Below are positions 49,990 to 59,936 of a stretch of DNA of 64,000 nt, one piece after another; position 1 is the stretch's first letter; every line of letters begins with the position of its first letter. Made by a program: the position numbers and the translations under genes. The notes beneath the pieces are model-generated. The model was given only the letters and a program-made list of their open reading frames with translations, was not told the DNA's origin and made no database searches. This stretch comes from Candidatus Hydrogenedentota bacterium (GTDB taxonomy: Bacteria; Hydrogenedentota; Hydrogenedentia; Hydrogenedentales; SLHB01). The stretch covers positions 256,001-320,000 of the forward strand of contig CAXXTH010000023.1 in NCBI GenBank assembly GCA_963668025.2, in the 5' to 3' direction.

Positions 49990-50827
49990 CACCAGATGTG
50001 TCCTTGAGGTATTGTTGAAGGCGCTTAATATCGCCGCGAAGCGCCGTGATGTCCGCATCATCGAGGGAACGGGGCGCTGGTTGCGGCGTGTCGTGGGCCT
50101 TTACGCGGCCAAGTAAAAATGACAGGAAACTCGGAGCGCCCGGTGTGGAAGGGGCGGGGCTTTCCGAACGGTTTTCTGTTGGCGGCACGGCTTCAGAGAT
50201 GTTCGTAGGCGCTGGCTCATTCAACGATTCTGCTTCATAGGAGGACGCTTCGAATTCAGAGACGAGCGATATATGGGATTGGGTGACGCCAATCACGAGC
50301 ACCCGTCCGCCGGTTCGGACAAAGTGGAGGCTGGCGCGCGGTTCAAGGTAAATCCGTCCGATCACTTGGCCTAAGCGCATACCGCCCAGCAGGGCTGAAC
50401 GCCCGCCCATAAGGCGGGGCGCGAAACGGCTGGCCAGGCGTATGCCGTAACCGGATAAGACGATCATCGCCAGTACAATCAAAAATGCGCCTAGCCATTG
50501 TAGAAAACCCCGCGTGGAACTTTGCGGCGCGTTCTGCTCGGTGGCGGCGGCGTTCCCGCCTCGGTTCTGGCCGTTGCGTATTTCCTCGCGCACCGCATTC
50601 ATTTTGGCGGCTTCGCGTTCCATGGTGTCTTTGAGGCTCTTCCCGTCTATATCGGGGACAGGCGGCGTCTCGGTTTGTTCCAGTTCGGATGAAGAGCCGA
50701 CGGCTTCTTGTGGAGAAGCAGGCGGGAGAGGCGCAGGCGTTTCCTCTTGAGCCATAACGCCTTGGGCGAATGCAGCAATAAAAACTAGCCAGGCTAACGC
50801 CGCGATGCTAATAATCCTCGTCCTCAT
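49973..50827 (-). CDS. fliO: Flagellar biosynthesis protein FliO/FliZ
   Basis: Signal/TM segments then VIGRIYLEPRASLHFVRTGGRVLVIGVT; lies between fliN and fliP. Confidence 0.8.
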   Translation of the reverse strand: MRTRIISIAALAWLVFIAAFAQGVMAQEETPAPLPPASPQEAVGSSSELEQTETPPVPDIDGKSLKDTMEREAAKMNAVREEIRNGQNRGGNAAATEQNAPQSSTRGFLQWLGAFLIVLAMIVLSGYGIRLASRFAPRLMGGRSALLGGMRLGQVIGRIYLEPRASLHFVRTGGRVLVIGVTQSHISLVSEFEASSYEAESLNEPAPTNISEAVPPTENRSESPAPSTPGAPSFLSFLLGRVKAHDTPQPAPRSLDDADITALRGDIKRLQQYLKDTSGGDSNS

Positions 50828-51197
50828 CCTCTTCTTCTTCCGTTTCTTCTGCCTTGTCTTCGGTGCCAATGATTTCCCCGATACGCACGTGCAGCGTATC
50901 GCCGATGACAACCACTTCCCCTCTGGCGAGGGGAAGCCCATTGATATAAATGTCGCTCATCTCTCCGGCCAGTTTATCGAGCTGTATAATGGAACCTCGT
51001 TTGAGCTCCAGTATGTCGCGTACAAACATGAGGGATTGGCCGAGATCCGCGGCAATCTGGAGGCACACTTGCCCCAAATCCTCGATATTCAAATGCTGTT
51101 GCGGCGGGCCGGCAACGAGCGTGTTATCGAGGTCTGGCATGGCTTGAGAGCCGCTGATGGTCTGACTGCTTTTTTTATCAGGATTTATCTCTCTCAC
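50808..51197 (-). CDS. fliN: Flagellar motor switch protein FliN
   Basis: SpoA domain ADLGQSLMFVRDILEL..GSIIQLDKLAGE...RGEVVVI. Confidence 0.88.
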   Translation of the reverse strand: MREINPDKKSSQTISGSQAMPDLDNTLVAGPPQQHLNIEDLGQVCLQIAADLGQSLMFVRDILELKRGSIIQLDKLAGEMSDIYINGLPLARGEVVVIGDTLHVRIGEIIGTEDKAEETEEEEDEDEDY

Positions 51198-51217
51198 GTC
51201 GTTGTTTCCATTGCTCT

Positions 51218-51742
51218 CTATTGATCAACCGCCAGGAATTCTTTGTGTGTGACTTTTAGGATGCGGTTTTCGGGATTTTTGCCGCCCTGGATTTGATCCA
51301 GTATTTCGCTACAGCGTAATAATGCTTGCTTTTGGATGTTTTTAAGCAGCATCGGATCATCAAGCTGTTCGCGGGTATGGTGGCTGTGGAGTTCGCGAAG
51401 CTCATCCACAAACCAAGCTTTATTGTTGGTGATAAGATCAGCGGTTGCTTGGTTGGAGCAGTAAAACGAAACGGCGTACATGACCAACGAGGCGGGCAGA
51501 TTGCTGCCTGGCGGCATAACCGCCGTGGTGCTGGCCGAATCAAAGTCTATCCACACGGCGGTAGGTGGAAACTCCGACAGCGCAGGATCAGGTTCTTTTG
51601 GTTTATCTGATAGCATGGGCGCCAGCACCATTTTGTACAATAGCAGCGCTACAATAGCCGCCGCGAGCCCTGCGGATCCAATCATGATGAGCAGGCGAAC
51701 AAGCGAAGAGGATTTCTTTTTGGATGCTGGTTCTTCTGACAT
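51218..51742 (-). CDS. fliL: Flagellar basal-body associated protein FliL
   Basis: N-terminal TM, size, C-terminal ILKVTHKEFLAVDQ, position after motB. Confidence 0.7.
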   Translation of the reverse strand: MSEEPASKKKSSSLVRLLIMIGSAGLAAAIVALLLYKMVLAPMLSDKPKEPDPALSEFPPTAVWIDFDSASTTAVMPPGSNLPASLVMYAVSFYCSNQATADLITNNKAWFVDELRELHSHHTREQLDDPMLLKNIQKQALLRCSEILDQIQGGKNPENRILKVTHKEFLAVDQ

Positions 51743-51748
51743 GCTGTC

Positions 51749-52573
51749 CTACCTTATTTCGTTGGCGTTGGTTCCAATATCGATATCAATGGGCGGGGGG
51801 CCTTTAGGGGCCTCGCCGCCGCCCAATTGGTTGACGCTATCTTCTATCTGTTTTTTCATCTCACCCGGAAATTCACCCCGAATGAACAAATCGACGCGCC
51901 GGTTTTTTTGCCGCCCTTCCTCGGTCTCGTTCGTGGCGATAGGCTGCGAGTCGCCACAGGCGATGGTCTCAAACGCATCTTGTTTGAGTTTTTCCGAACT
52001 GGCCAAAAATGACATCACTGCTTTTGCCCGATTATAGCTCAAATCTAAATTATCGTTGAATTGAGGGGCATTTCGCAATGGGCGATTGTCGGTATGCCCC
52101 CGCACCTCAATAAAGGCCCCAGGGGCTGGTGATAATACCGATGCAACTTGGTTGAGGATACTGCTGGCTTCCGGGAGCAACACGGCGCTGCTGGTATCAA
52201 AAAGGACATTGCTGGGAAGGCTAATCAGCACACCGCCTTGCTCATTATCCATGCCGACCTTAATTTCGCCTGCTAACGCCTTTACGTCAAGCATTTTCTG
52301 GAGGTCGCGGGCCATGCGCTGCATATCTTCCTTAGTGATACGCGATTGCTTGGCGCTAGGCGGCGAGGTGAGAAGCCCGAGCCCTCCTGGGAGCACGCCC
52401 AGTGCGCCGCGCAGAGAAGAAAGGGCCTCTTGAAACTCTTTCTCGTTTATGGAGGAGAAGGAGAGCAGTAAGATGAAGAAGGTGAGCAAAAGGCCCATCA
52501 TATCGCCATAGGTCACCATCCACCCTGGCGCGCCTTCAGGCTGGGCTTGTTCCTTTTTTTTCCGCTCCCCCAT
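51749..52573 (-). CDS. motB: Flagellar stator MotB
   Basis: WMVTYGDMMGLLLTFFILL; OmpA domain GHTDN...LSYNRA...NRRV. Confidence 0.95.
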   Translation of the reverse strand: MGERKKKEQAQPEGAPGWMVTYGDMMGLLLTFFILLLSFSSINEKEFQEALSSLRGALGVLPGGLGLLTSPPSAKQSRITKEDMQRMARDLQKMLDVKALAGEIKVGMDNEQGGVLISLPSNVLFDTSSAVLLPEASSILNQVASVLSPAPGAFIEVRGHTDNRPLRNAPQFNDNLDLSYNRAKAVMSFLASSEKLKQDAFETIACGDSQPIATNETEEGRQKNRRVDLFIRGEFPGEMKKQIEDSVNQLGGGEAPKGPPPIDIDIGTNANEIR

Positions 52574-52583
52574 ACTCAGCGCC

Positions 52584-53354
52584 TCACTTGCCGATGTGAA
52601 TGCGCGCCCGAATTGATGGCGCCACGAAGGCTTTCAGTTTTTGCTCGACCACCCGGGGATTATCTCCGGATTGAATGGATAATATACCTTCGATGATGAC
52701 TTCTTTAAGAAGCAATTCATTGCTTGTTCGGATTTTGAGTTTGCCAGCGGCGGGCAAACAGAACACATTTGCAATGAGGGAGCCGTATAAGGTGGTGATC
52801 ATGGCGGTGGCCATGCCTGCGCCGATGGAAGAAGGGTCATTCAGTGAGACAAGCATTTGAATAAGACCGATCAGCGTGCCGATCATGCCGAATGCGGGCG
52901 CATAAGTGCCCATGGCGATAAGGATGGATTGCCCCATGGCGTGCCGATCCTCCATGAAGGCGAGTTCCGTGGTTAATATGTCCTTGATCAGCTCGGGGGC
53001 GGTGCCATCAATGGCGAGCTGGATGCTATTTTCGAGAAAGGGATCTCCCGCATTGCTTGCGTGGCTTTCTAGGGCAAGTATGCCTTCTCGCCGGGCGATT
53101 GTGGCGAATTGAACCAGTTTCTCAATGACTTGTTGAGGAGCCAGCTCCCTCTGGAGGAATGCATTTTTAACGGAAGCTAACACATTGAGCAAATCGGATA
53201 AGGGATAGTTTATGAGCGTTACGGCAAGGGTGCCTCCACAGGTAATCAGAATAGAAGGAACATCAAAGAAAATTAACGGCGAACCGCCCATTATAATGGC
53301 TGATACGATTAAGCCCACCCCTGCGACTAAACCGATAAGTGTTGCGATATCCAT
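52584..53354 (-). CDS. motA: Flagellar stator MotA (PomA/MotP type)
   Basis: MDIATLIG, ARREGILALE, APAFGMIGTLIGL, TTLYG, IQSGDNP. Confidence 0.95.
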   Translation of the reverse strand: MDIATLIGLVAGVGLIVSAIIMGGSPLIFFDVPSILITCGGTLAVTLINYPLSDLLNVLASVKNAFLQRELAPQQVIEKLVQFATIARREGILALESHASNAGDPFLENSIQLAIDGTAPELIKDILTTELAFMEDRHAMGQSILIAMGTYAPAFGMIGTLIGLIQMLVSLNDPSSIGAGMATAMITTLYGSLIANVFCLPAAGKLKIRTSNELLLKEVIIEGILSIQSGDNPRVVEQKLKAFVAPSIRARIHIGK

Positions 53355-53466
53355 GTGTGCTATAACCTCGTATCAGAACTGGAGCTTCATCCCCTGCCAT
53401 CATGTTGGCCATTCTAACATCTCGCTTCCGCCGCCACAACGTTCCGAATGACTGTAGGTTAACGTT

Positions 53467-53504
53467 TAAAATAAAAAAGCCGGGAGGCGGCTGCCTCCCG
53501 GCTT
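53467..53504 (-). terminator. Intrinsic terminator after flgE
   Basis: Minus strand AAGCCGGGAGGC-agcc-GCCTCCCGGCTT followed by TTTTATTTT. Confidence 0.8.
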
Positions 53505-53526
53505 GAAAGCCGAATCTGTATGTGAA

Positions 53527-55140
53527 TTACCGGACCAAATTGACGGCTTCTTGCAGCAGCGTATCGGCGGTTGTGATGGTGCGGGCGTTTGCCTGATAGC
53601 CGCGCTGGGTGAGGATAAGGTTGCTAAACTCCGTGGCCAGGTCCACATTCGAGCTTTCGAGCGTGCCGCCAGCGATGGAGCCGCGCCCACCCGTGCTGGG
53701 CAGGCCGATTTGGGCTAGGCCTGAGGCGCTTGTTTCCGCGAATTGGTTGTCGCCCGTTCGGACCAGCCCGCCATTATTCGAGAAGGTGGCCGTGGCGACT
53801 TGCCCGACTACGCGGGTAAGGCCGTTCGAGTAAACAGCGTTGATGGTGCCGTCACTCGCGAAATCATAGCTCTCCAAAACGCCGCGAGGATAGCCGTTTT
53901 GGGAGAACACGTCGGCGTCGCTTGTGCCCGAAAGCTGTGTCAAATCACCAAAGTCGAAGGTGAATAGCAGCGGATCTGTGGGAACAGAGGCGCTAGTATC
54001 CACGAAATCAACCGAAACATTGCCCGTGCCGCCCGAGAGGATTTGGCCGTCCGTGCCAAAACGCAAGGTGCCGCCAGCCACTATCGAGCTAATATCCGTA
54101 TCCGAAACGGCGGGCGGGTCATAGGCGGTAAGATTGGTGTCGGACGCCACTTGTGTCATGAGCGAGAAATCCATGTCCATGTTTAATGTGGAACCATCCG
54201 TGAACGTGATATCCACCGTGCCAGTCGTTGTGCCCGAGATGCGGCCATTCGAAGGCGATGTGGAATCAAAGGTCACTGTCCCGCTGCCGGTAATGCTGGA
54301 GGTGGAATCAGCGCTCGATGTGGCATAACTCCAAGTATCCGCGGCGGTCTTTGTGAAGGTGAGGATCACGGAGCGTGTGGTGCCTTCGGAGTCGGTCACT
54401 TCGACGGAGCGTTCGACGGTGTCGCCCACGGCGGCGTCCGCATCCAGGTTGCCCACAAAGTCCGCTTGGTCGCCACTGGCGGCTTTCCAGGTCCATTCAT
54501 TGGTTTCAGGCGCCTTTACGAGCATCAACGTGACTTCCCGTTCCGTACCGAGTGAGTCATATACTTGGACTGTCCGTTCGACGACCGTGCCGACATCCGC
54601 ATCTGAATCCAAGTTTCCAGTGAAGTCTACATTGGAGGTGGCTTCGACAATAGCTGCGCCGCCAACGGGAATCTTGATGTTGGTGATGCCCGATGCGGTG
54701 TCGATCACCCCGTTTTCGTCGGCCAGATAGCCCTGGACATACTGCCCCGTGGAAGGCTCAATGAGATAGCCTTGTGAATTCACTTCGAATGAACCATCGC
54801 GGGTGTAAGTGAGCGAGCCGCCGTCGCTAAGCACGAAAAAGCCATTGCCTTCAATAGCGAGGTCGGTGCTGGTGCCGGTGGTGTTGTAGGAGCCGTTATT
54901 GAAATCGGTGCTGATCGAGCCAGTTTTTACGCCGAGGCCCACTTGTATGGCATTGGTGCCGCCATTGGTCCCGGACGCGCCGCTGGCTCCTTGAAGGGTC
55001 TGGTAGAACACGTCTTCGAATTGGACACTCGAGCTGCGATAGCCGGTCGTGTTGACATTGGCGATGTTATTCGCGATGACATCAAGGCTTTGTTGATGGG
55101 CTTGCAAGCCCGATAAGCCCGTAAATAATGCTGTTCCCAT
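53527..55140 (-). CDS. flgE: Flagellar hook protein FlgE
   Basis: GLSGL...DVIANNIANVNTTGY, DLAIEGNGFF, YTRDGSF, LESSNVDLATEF...QRGYQANAR. Confidence 0.95.
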   Translation of the reverse strand: MGTALFTGLSGLQAHQQSLDVIANNIANVNTTGYRSSSVQFEDVFYQTLQGASGASGTNGGTNAIQVGLGVKTGSISTDFNNGSYNTTGTSTDLAIEGNGFFVLSDGGSLTYTRDGSFEVNSQGYLIEPSTGQYVQGYLADENGVIDTASGITNIKIPVGGAAIVEATSNVDFTGNLDSDADVGTVVERTVQVYDSLGTEREVTLMLVKAPETNEWTWKAASGDQADFVGNLDADAAVGDTVERSVEVTDSEGTTRSVILTFTKTAADTWSYATSSADSTSSITGSGTVTFDSTSPSNGRISGTTTGTVDITFTDGSTLNMDMDFSLMTQVASDTNLTAYDPPAVSDTDISSIVAGGTLRFGTDGQILSGGTGNVSVDFVDTSASVPTDPLLFTFDFGDLTQLSGTSDADVFSQNGYPRGVLESYDFASDGTINAVYSNGLTRVVGQVATATFSNNGGLVRTGDNQFAETSASGLAQIGLPSTGGRGSIAGGTLESSNVDLATEFSNLILTQRGYQANARTITTADTLLQEAVNLVR

Positions 55141-55210
55141 TCTGATTTCCTCCATGCGCCGCATCGGTCATTCAGCGGTGCTTAAGCCTCCCCCGTGGGG
55201 GTCCGGCGGT

Positions 55211-55648
55211 TCATTCCATTGTTTCTGTTGCCGTGGACGCTTTTGCGACCACGACGGCGCTGTCGATGTTCGTGAAGACCGTATCCGCGGTTTCACCGCG
55301 TGGCACGGCCGTTATGATGGTTCTGTTGGGCACGCTGGCCACCAGCGACAAGCCGTCCATGATGAGCAGCGATTCTTTCGAGCCTTTGGCCGCGGCTTCA
55401 TCCAGCGCCCTTGCAATGTCGGCATGGTCGCTGGCGTCGAGGGCGATGCTGCGCTGCACCATGCGCGCGGCGGCATGGGCGGAGAAACGGATGCTCTCCC
55501 TGTTATTCGTATCTGGAGTATCCGAGGGCATAGCCTCGCCGAGGACGCTCGAGAACGAAACGCCTTTGGGCGCAGACCGGTTTCCTGTTGGAGTCCGGGA
55601 GGCGTTATCCCGGATGTTCTTGGATTCGAGTTGTATTTGAGCGACCAT
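55211..55648 (-). CDS. TIGR02530-type flagellar operon protein
   Basis: IRFSAHAAARM..R, AAAKGSKESL, SVPNRTIITA, VFTNIDSAV. Confidence 0.9.
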   Translation of the reverse strand: MVAQIQLESKNIRDNASRTPTGNRSAPKGVSFSSVLGEAMPSDTPDTNNRESIRFSAHAAARMVQRSIALDASDHADIARALDEAAAKGSKESLLIMDGLSLVASVPNRTIITAVPRGETADTVFTNIDSAVVVAKASTATETME

Positions 55649-55652
55649 AGGC

Positions 55653-56285
55653 TTACTCGATCAGTTGAATATCGTCCACGGCGATGGCTTGTTCGCCTAC
55701 GCAGGCGTACGCCACACCATCAGATAAATAAATGCTCTCCACTTCGCCGTTGACGGTTTCTCCCTCCGTATCCGTTCCATAAATGTTTTTTCCAATCAGA
55801 TTACTGGCGCTTACTAGATTTTGCTGGGTCATCGTGGCGGACAACTCTTCAAAGCTCTCATTGAGGTTGGTCATTTGTTCGAGCGCGGAGAATTGGGCCA
55901 GATTGGCGATCATATCCTCATTACTCACCGGATCTAGCGGATCTTGGTATTGCATCTGCGTCACGAGAAGCTGGAGGAATTCATCTTTCCCTAGTTCTGT
56001 GTTTGTGCTTGTTGTTGATGTGGTGTCCGTGTCGGAATCCGTACTTTTTGTCTCGGATGTACTTTTTGTTCCGGATGTACTTGATGAAGAGGAACTATTT
56101 GTCCTGGAGAGGCTCTTTTTTGCTTCTTCAGAAAGGACTTCCTCGGTTTCAGGCTTTTTGCCCTGCAAGCCTCGCAATGTGGCGTTCATGTTTGCCAAGA
56201 GCTTCTGTTGGACTTCTTGCCGCTCTCGTGAAGTGGGGCTTAGCGTGCCGGCCACATTGGAGCGGAATTGCACTAGTGCATTCAT
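55653..56285 (-). CDS. flgD: Flagellar hook capping protein FlgD
   Basis: LGKDEFLQLLVTQMQYQDPLDP...LAQFSALEQMTNLN. Confidence 0.95.
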   Translation of the reverse strand: MNALVQFRSNVAGTLSPTSRERQEVQQKLLANMNATLRGLQGKKPETEEVLSEEAKKSLSRTNSSSSSSTSGTKSTSETKSTDSDTDTTSTTSTNTELGKDEFLQLLVTQMQYQDPLDPVSNEDMIANLAQFSALEQMTNLNESFEELSATMTQQNLVSASNLIGKNIYGTDTEGETVNGEVESIYLSDGVAYACVGEQAIAVDDIQLIE

Positions 56286-56343
56286 GGCATGTTCCTTTCC
56301 TTTCCAGAGACGCCGGATTTCTGATGAAATCTGAGGCGTCTAG

Positions 56344-59214
56344 TTATACGAAGACATTGAGCGCGCCTTCATGGCGGCTGCCGCGCGCCGTGCGCGGTGA
56401 GGAATTGGTTTGCGCTTCTGAATAAAAGGGGCGCGTGTGTGCAGGCATGGATTGGGGCGTTGCGGGAGAGCCTTGGCGGCCCATCGAGCCTGATGTGTCT
56501 TGCCCGGAACTCATCTGGGCGGACACCGAGACGTTTGTCTTATCGATGCCATCCAGCGCCAGATTCTGGCGAAGGTGAGGGGCCTGCGCTTCGAGGAGCT
56601 CTCGAACGCCCGCATTCGAGGAAGCTAGGCGGATGTTCATGGAGTCCTGCGAGTGCGTCACTTCGATGCGGACTTCTCCCAGAGAAGCGGGCGACAGCCG
56701 CACCGTGATGGTTTGTTCGCCGTCCGGAGCCGTGAGGCGTATGCTGCGAATGGCCGTATCGCCCAGTGTTTCCAGTGTGGCGTGTTCGATAATGGGAGCA
56801 GCCGCAGGGACGCTGGTTTGAATAGTAGAGGTGCGCACCTCTATTTGCGAAGGCGGCGCTTGTTGCATTGCGGCAGTTGATGCAGACGCTTCCGGGCTTG
56901 CGGAGGCGTCCATGGATTGGCCTGCAACCGCTCCTGCTTGGGTAATAGGCGCGGTCTGCTTGCTTGGCTCAGTCGATTCTAGTTCGTATTGAGCCCGGCT
57001 TTTTGGCAAGATGCGCACGCTGCTCTCATTTGCCTCTTCTGGGACGGCGTTATCAAGCGTTTCGGAAGAGTCTGTTGTATTGCTTGATGGCGCGGCTTCC
57101 TCTGTAAGTGATGAGCCCGTATCTGAACTCTTGGATTGGGCATTTGCCGTGGCGGTTTCCCCTGTTACTTCAAAGGTTACATTTTCGGTTTCTGCCGCCA
57201 TGTCGTTTTCGACAATATAACTAGCGTTGCTGGCCAGTGGTTTCTGAGATTCCGCAGGCATTTTTACTGCCACCGCCGTCTCCACCGTCTCCGGCTGCGC
57301 CAGATCATCCGCCATTTGCACAATCGTGGATTGAGCTGTGCTGCGGGCGGGCGGCGGTGTTTGCTCGCTGGAGAGTGTTGGGAGAACGGTTTTTTCAGCA
57401 CCGCTAGGGGTTGATGAAGCCGCATCAGGCTCCTTAGCAGCGGAAGGCGTGTCCGCCACCTTGGGCGTAGCGCCGGTGGCCTCGATTTTGGTTTCAACGG
57501 TTTGGTGCGCTGATTTTACCTCTTCAAGAGCTTTTGGAACAGCCTCGCCAGTATTCTGCCCCTGTGCCGCAGGTTGCGTGCTATTTGGTGCGGAACTGGC
57601 AGGGATGGCTTCTTTTTGTGCTGTAGGCTCCGGCGCAGTTGCATTCACGATTTCAACCGTGGAGGAGTCTTGCTGGATATAGACTGCTTCTTCAGCGGGA
57701 GTGGATTCCTTCACTGTTGCTCTTGTTGCTGCTACAGTTGCTTCAGTTGCTATTTTGGGGAGCGCTACGGCGGATTCAACGCTATTTTGTTCCGCAACCA
57801 TTGAAGCTTCTGTATCTGCCACGGGAGTTGCCGCGTTTGCAGCAGGCGTTGTTACTGCATATTTCACTGTGGATTCAGTCTTTTGCACGGGCGTGCTGGC
57901 TGTTGCATCTGTGTCTGCTGCGGGAGTTGCCGCGTTTGCAGCAGGCGTTGTTACTGCATATTTCACTGTGGATTCAGCCTTTTGCACGGGCGTGCTGGCA
58001 GTTGCATCTGTATTTGCTGCGGGAGTTGCCGCGTTTACGGAAGGCGTTGCTACCGTATATTTTACTGTGGATTCAGCCTTTTGCACGGGCGTGCTGGCTG
58101 TTGCATCTGTATTTGCTACGGGAGTTGCCGCATTTACGGAAGGCGTTGCTACCGTATATTTTACTGTGGATTCAGCCTTTTGCACTGGCGTGTTTGCAGT
58201 TGCATCTGTATTTGCTACGGGAGTTGCCGCGTTTGCGGAAGGCGTTGTTACCGCATATTTCACTGTGGATTCAGTCTTTTGCACGGGCGTGTTTGCAGTT
58301 GCATCTGTATTTGCTACGGGAGTTGCCGCGTTTGCGGAAGGCGTTGCCACCGTATATTTTACTGTGGATTCAGCCTTTTGCACGGGCGCGCTTGCAGTTG
58401 CATCCGTTTTCACCGGTATGCTTGCTGGCGTGCCTGTTTCAACCGGCGTTTGCTGAAATGCTGCAATTACCGTTTCCGTGTTGGAGGCTTTTGTTGGATA
58501 TACCGGGGAATATTTTGCGGACGTATTCACCGCGCTTGTTTCTGTTGCTATAGGTGATGGCAGCCGATTGACACCGTCCGGGCTTGATGAGCTGGACGGC
58601 AATACTGCCGCCAACTGAGCCAACTGCCGTGAAGTGCCGCCGGTTTCCGCCAGCCCGGAATCCTCCATTGCGCTGGCATTCTGAAGTGATTCCGCCGCCG
58701 GCATGACTGGCAGGGCGGATGCGGTTTGAACCACTTGTGCGAGAAGCGCTTCGAACTGCTCCCGGCCCATCGGTTCTTTTGACTCGGTGGAACTGGCTGC
58801 TTCTTGTTGTTCCGCCTCGGGACTGGATGGCTGAGAACTTGATAATGCTTTGGCTAGTGCTGAAACCAACGCCGAGGCGCTTGTTTCTTCCGCGCCGCAT
58901 GATTCGATGCCCGCGGCATCAAGCAGTTGCTCCCATAATGCGGCGGCCTGCTCTTCCGGCATGCCTTCCGGGTTCGCTGCGGCTTCCGCCACAATAGCCT
59001 CTAGCGCATGGTTCACTTCTTGTGAAAAACCGGCCAATTCCAGGGATGTGGTGGAATTGGCTAAAGCGGTTGCCGGTTGTGTTTGCTCTGGTCCAAGCAA
59101 GGCCATCAACTCGGAGAGGAATTGCCCTGCTTTTCCTGTGGTGTCTAGCGAGTTCTTGGTTGAACCGCCAGACGCCGCAGCAATTCCAGGCATTAGTAAT
59201 GACGTGATTTGCAC
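56344..59214 (-). CDS. fliK: Flagellar hook-length control protein FliK (~956 aa, internal tandem repeats)
   Basis: C-terminal VRLSPASLGEVRIEV...VRELLE..APHLRQNL; AAAGGAGGTG RBS before GTG 59214; position before flgD. Confidence 0.9.
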   Translation of the reverse strand: MQITSLLMPGIAAASGGSTKNSLDTTGKAGQFLSELMALLGPEQTQPATALANSTTSLELAGFSQEVNHALEAIVAEAAANPEGMPEEQAAALWEQLLDAAGIESCGAEETSASALVSALAKALSSSQPSSPEAEQQEAASSTESKEPMGREQFEALLAQVVQTASALPVMPAAESLQNASAMEDSGLAETGGTSRQLAQLAAVLPSSSSSPDGVNRLPSPIATETSAVNTSAKYSPVYPTKASNTETVIAAFQQTPVETGTPASIPVKTDATASAPVQKAESTVKYTVATPSANAATPVANTDATANTPVQKTESTVKYAVTTPSANAATPVANTDATANTPVQKAESTVKYTVATPSVNAATPVANTDATASTPVQKAESTVKYTVATPSVNAATPAANTDATASTPVQKAESTVKYAVTTPAANAATPAADTDATASTPVQKTESTVKYAVTTPAANAATPVADTEASMVAEQNSVESAVALPKIATEATVAATRATVKESTPAEEAVYIQQDSSTVEIVNATAPEPTAQKEAIPASSAPNSTQPAAQGQNTGEAVPKALEEVKSAHQTVETKIEATGATPKVADTPSAAKEPDAASSTPSGAEKTVLPTLSSEQTPPPARSTAQSTIVQMADDLAQPETVETAVAVKMPAESQKPLASNASYIVENDMAAETENVTFEVTGETATANAQSKSSDTGSSLTEEAAPSSNTTDSSETLDNAVPEEANESSVRILPKSRAQYELESTEPSKQTAPITQAGAVAGQSMDASASPEASASTAAMQQAPPSQIEVRTSTIQTSVPAAAPIIEHATLETLGDTAIRSIRLTAPDGEQTITVRLSPASLGEVRIEVTHSQDSMNIRLASSNAGVRELLEAQAPHLRQNLALDGIDKTNVSVSAQMSSGQDTSGSMGRQGSPATPQSMPAHTRPFYSEAQTNSSPRTARGSRHEGALNVFV
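57811..58406 (-). repeat. Six tandem 99 bp (33 aa) repeats inside fliK
   Basis: CGGGAGTTG at 57822, 57921, 58020, 58119, 58218 and 58317 (period 99); unit ~TDATASTPVQKAESTVKYTVATPSANAATPVAN. Confidence 0.95.
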
Positions 59215-59363
59215 TTGTTTCACCTCCTTTCCAGGTAGATGGTGAGAACGGTTTCGATGCGCACTCCGTTCATGCGCGGATGGGGTGTGATGGAAATACA
59301 ACGATGGATTGGTCTGAGTATTCTTGGCATGGCTGGGGCGGCCATGTTACGACGAGGGAGGGA

Positions 59364-59936
59364 TTATTGTTCGAGATTTTTCAGTTCTTCGAGGAGCGTT
59401 GCTTGCAGCTTCGGCTCATCAATCTTGCTGAGAATGCGCGCCCGTTTTTTTTCGTCTGGGAGTGAATTGAGCAGCTTGGCCGCCTCCCGCGCCCGGTCGG
59501 GCAGATAGGTCTGCAAAATAGCCGCCGCTTTGCTGTCGTCCATGGCGACGAGGGTGTCCGCCATTCGTTTGAGGCCCGCGATTTCATTTTCTTTGGTTTT
59601 TTGATCCACAGGAGGTGGCTGGGATGCGGCATTGGCCGCTTCAAATTTGCCTAATAGGCGTTCGATGTCGGTCTGTACAGTCACCAGGCGTTGTTCGCGT
59701 TCTTGCACCTGTTTTTGTTTTTCTTCGAGCACGCGTTTTTGCTCTTTCATTTCGCGCGAATACACACTGAGGTCATCTTCTTTTGGCTCTTCCGCGGCCA
59801 CTGTTTCGGGTTTCTGGCCTGGGAGCAATTTCTGAAAGGTTTCTTTATTCAGTTGGCCCGTGGCGGATAAAACACCCACGATAGTGCCCACAAAGGCCAG
59901 CAAGAAAATAAGGCCTATTAGGAGGGTGAACTTCAC
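59364..59936 (-). CDS. MotE/FlbB/YlxF-like flagellar protein
   Basis: TM, coiled coil and MgtE_N-like RMADTLVAMDDSKAAAIL; lies between fliJ and fliK. Confidence 0.7.
   Translation of the reverse strand: MKFTLLIGLIFLLAFVGTIVGVLSATGQLNKETFQKLLPGQKPETVAAEEPKEDDLSVYSREMKEQKRVLEEKQKQVQEREQRLVTVQTDIERLLGKFEAANAASQPPPVDQKTKENEIAGLKRMADTLVAMDDSKAAAILQTYLPDRAREAAKLLNSLPDEKKRARILSKIDEPKLQATLLEELKNLEQ

Noticed and set aside
57811-58406. Regular repeats as a possible CRISPR array, and the Cys-rich or Leu-rich ORFs on the + strand (57639-58557)
   Set aside because: The units are contiguous 99 bp in-frame coding repeats without unique spacers, and no cas genes are present; the + strand ORFs are antisense shadows of fliK.
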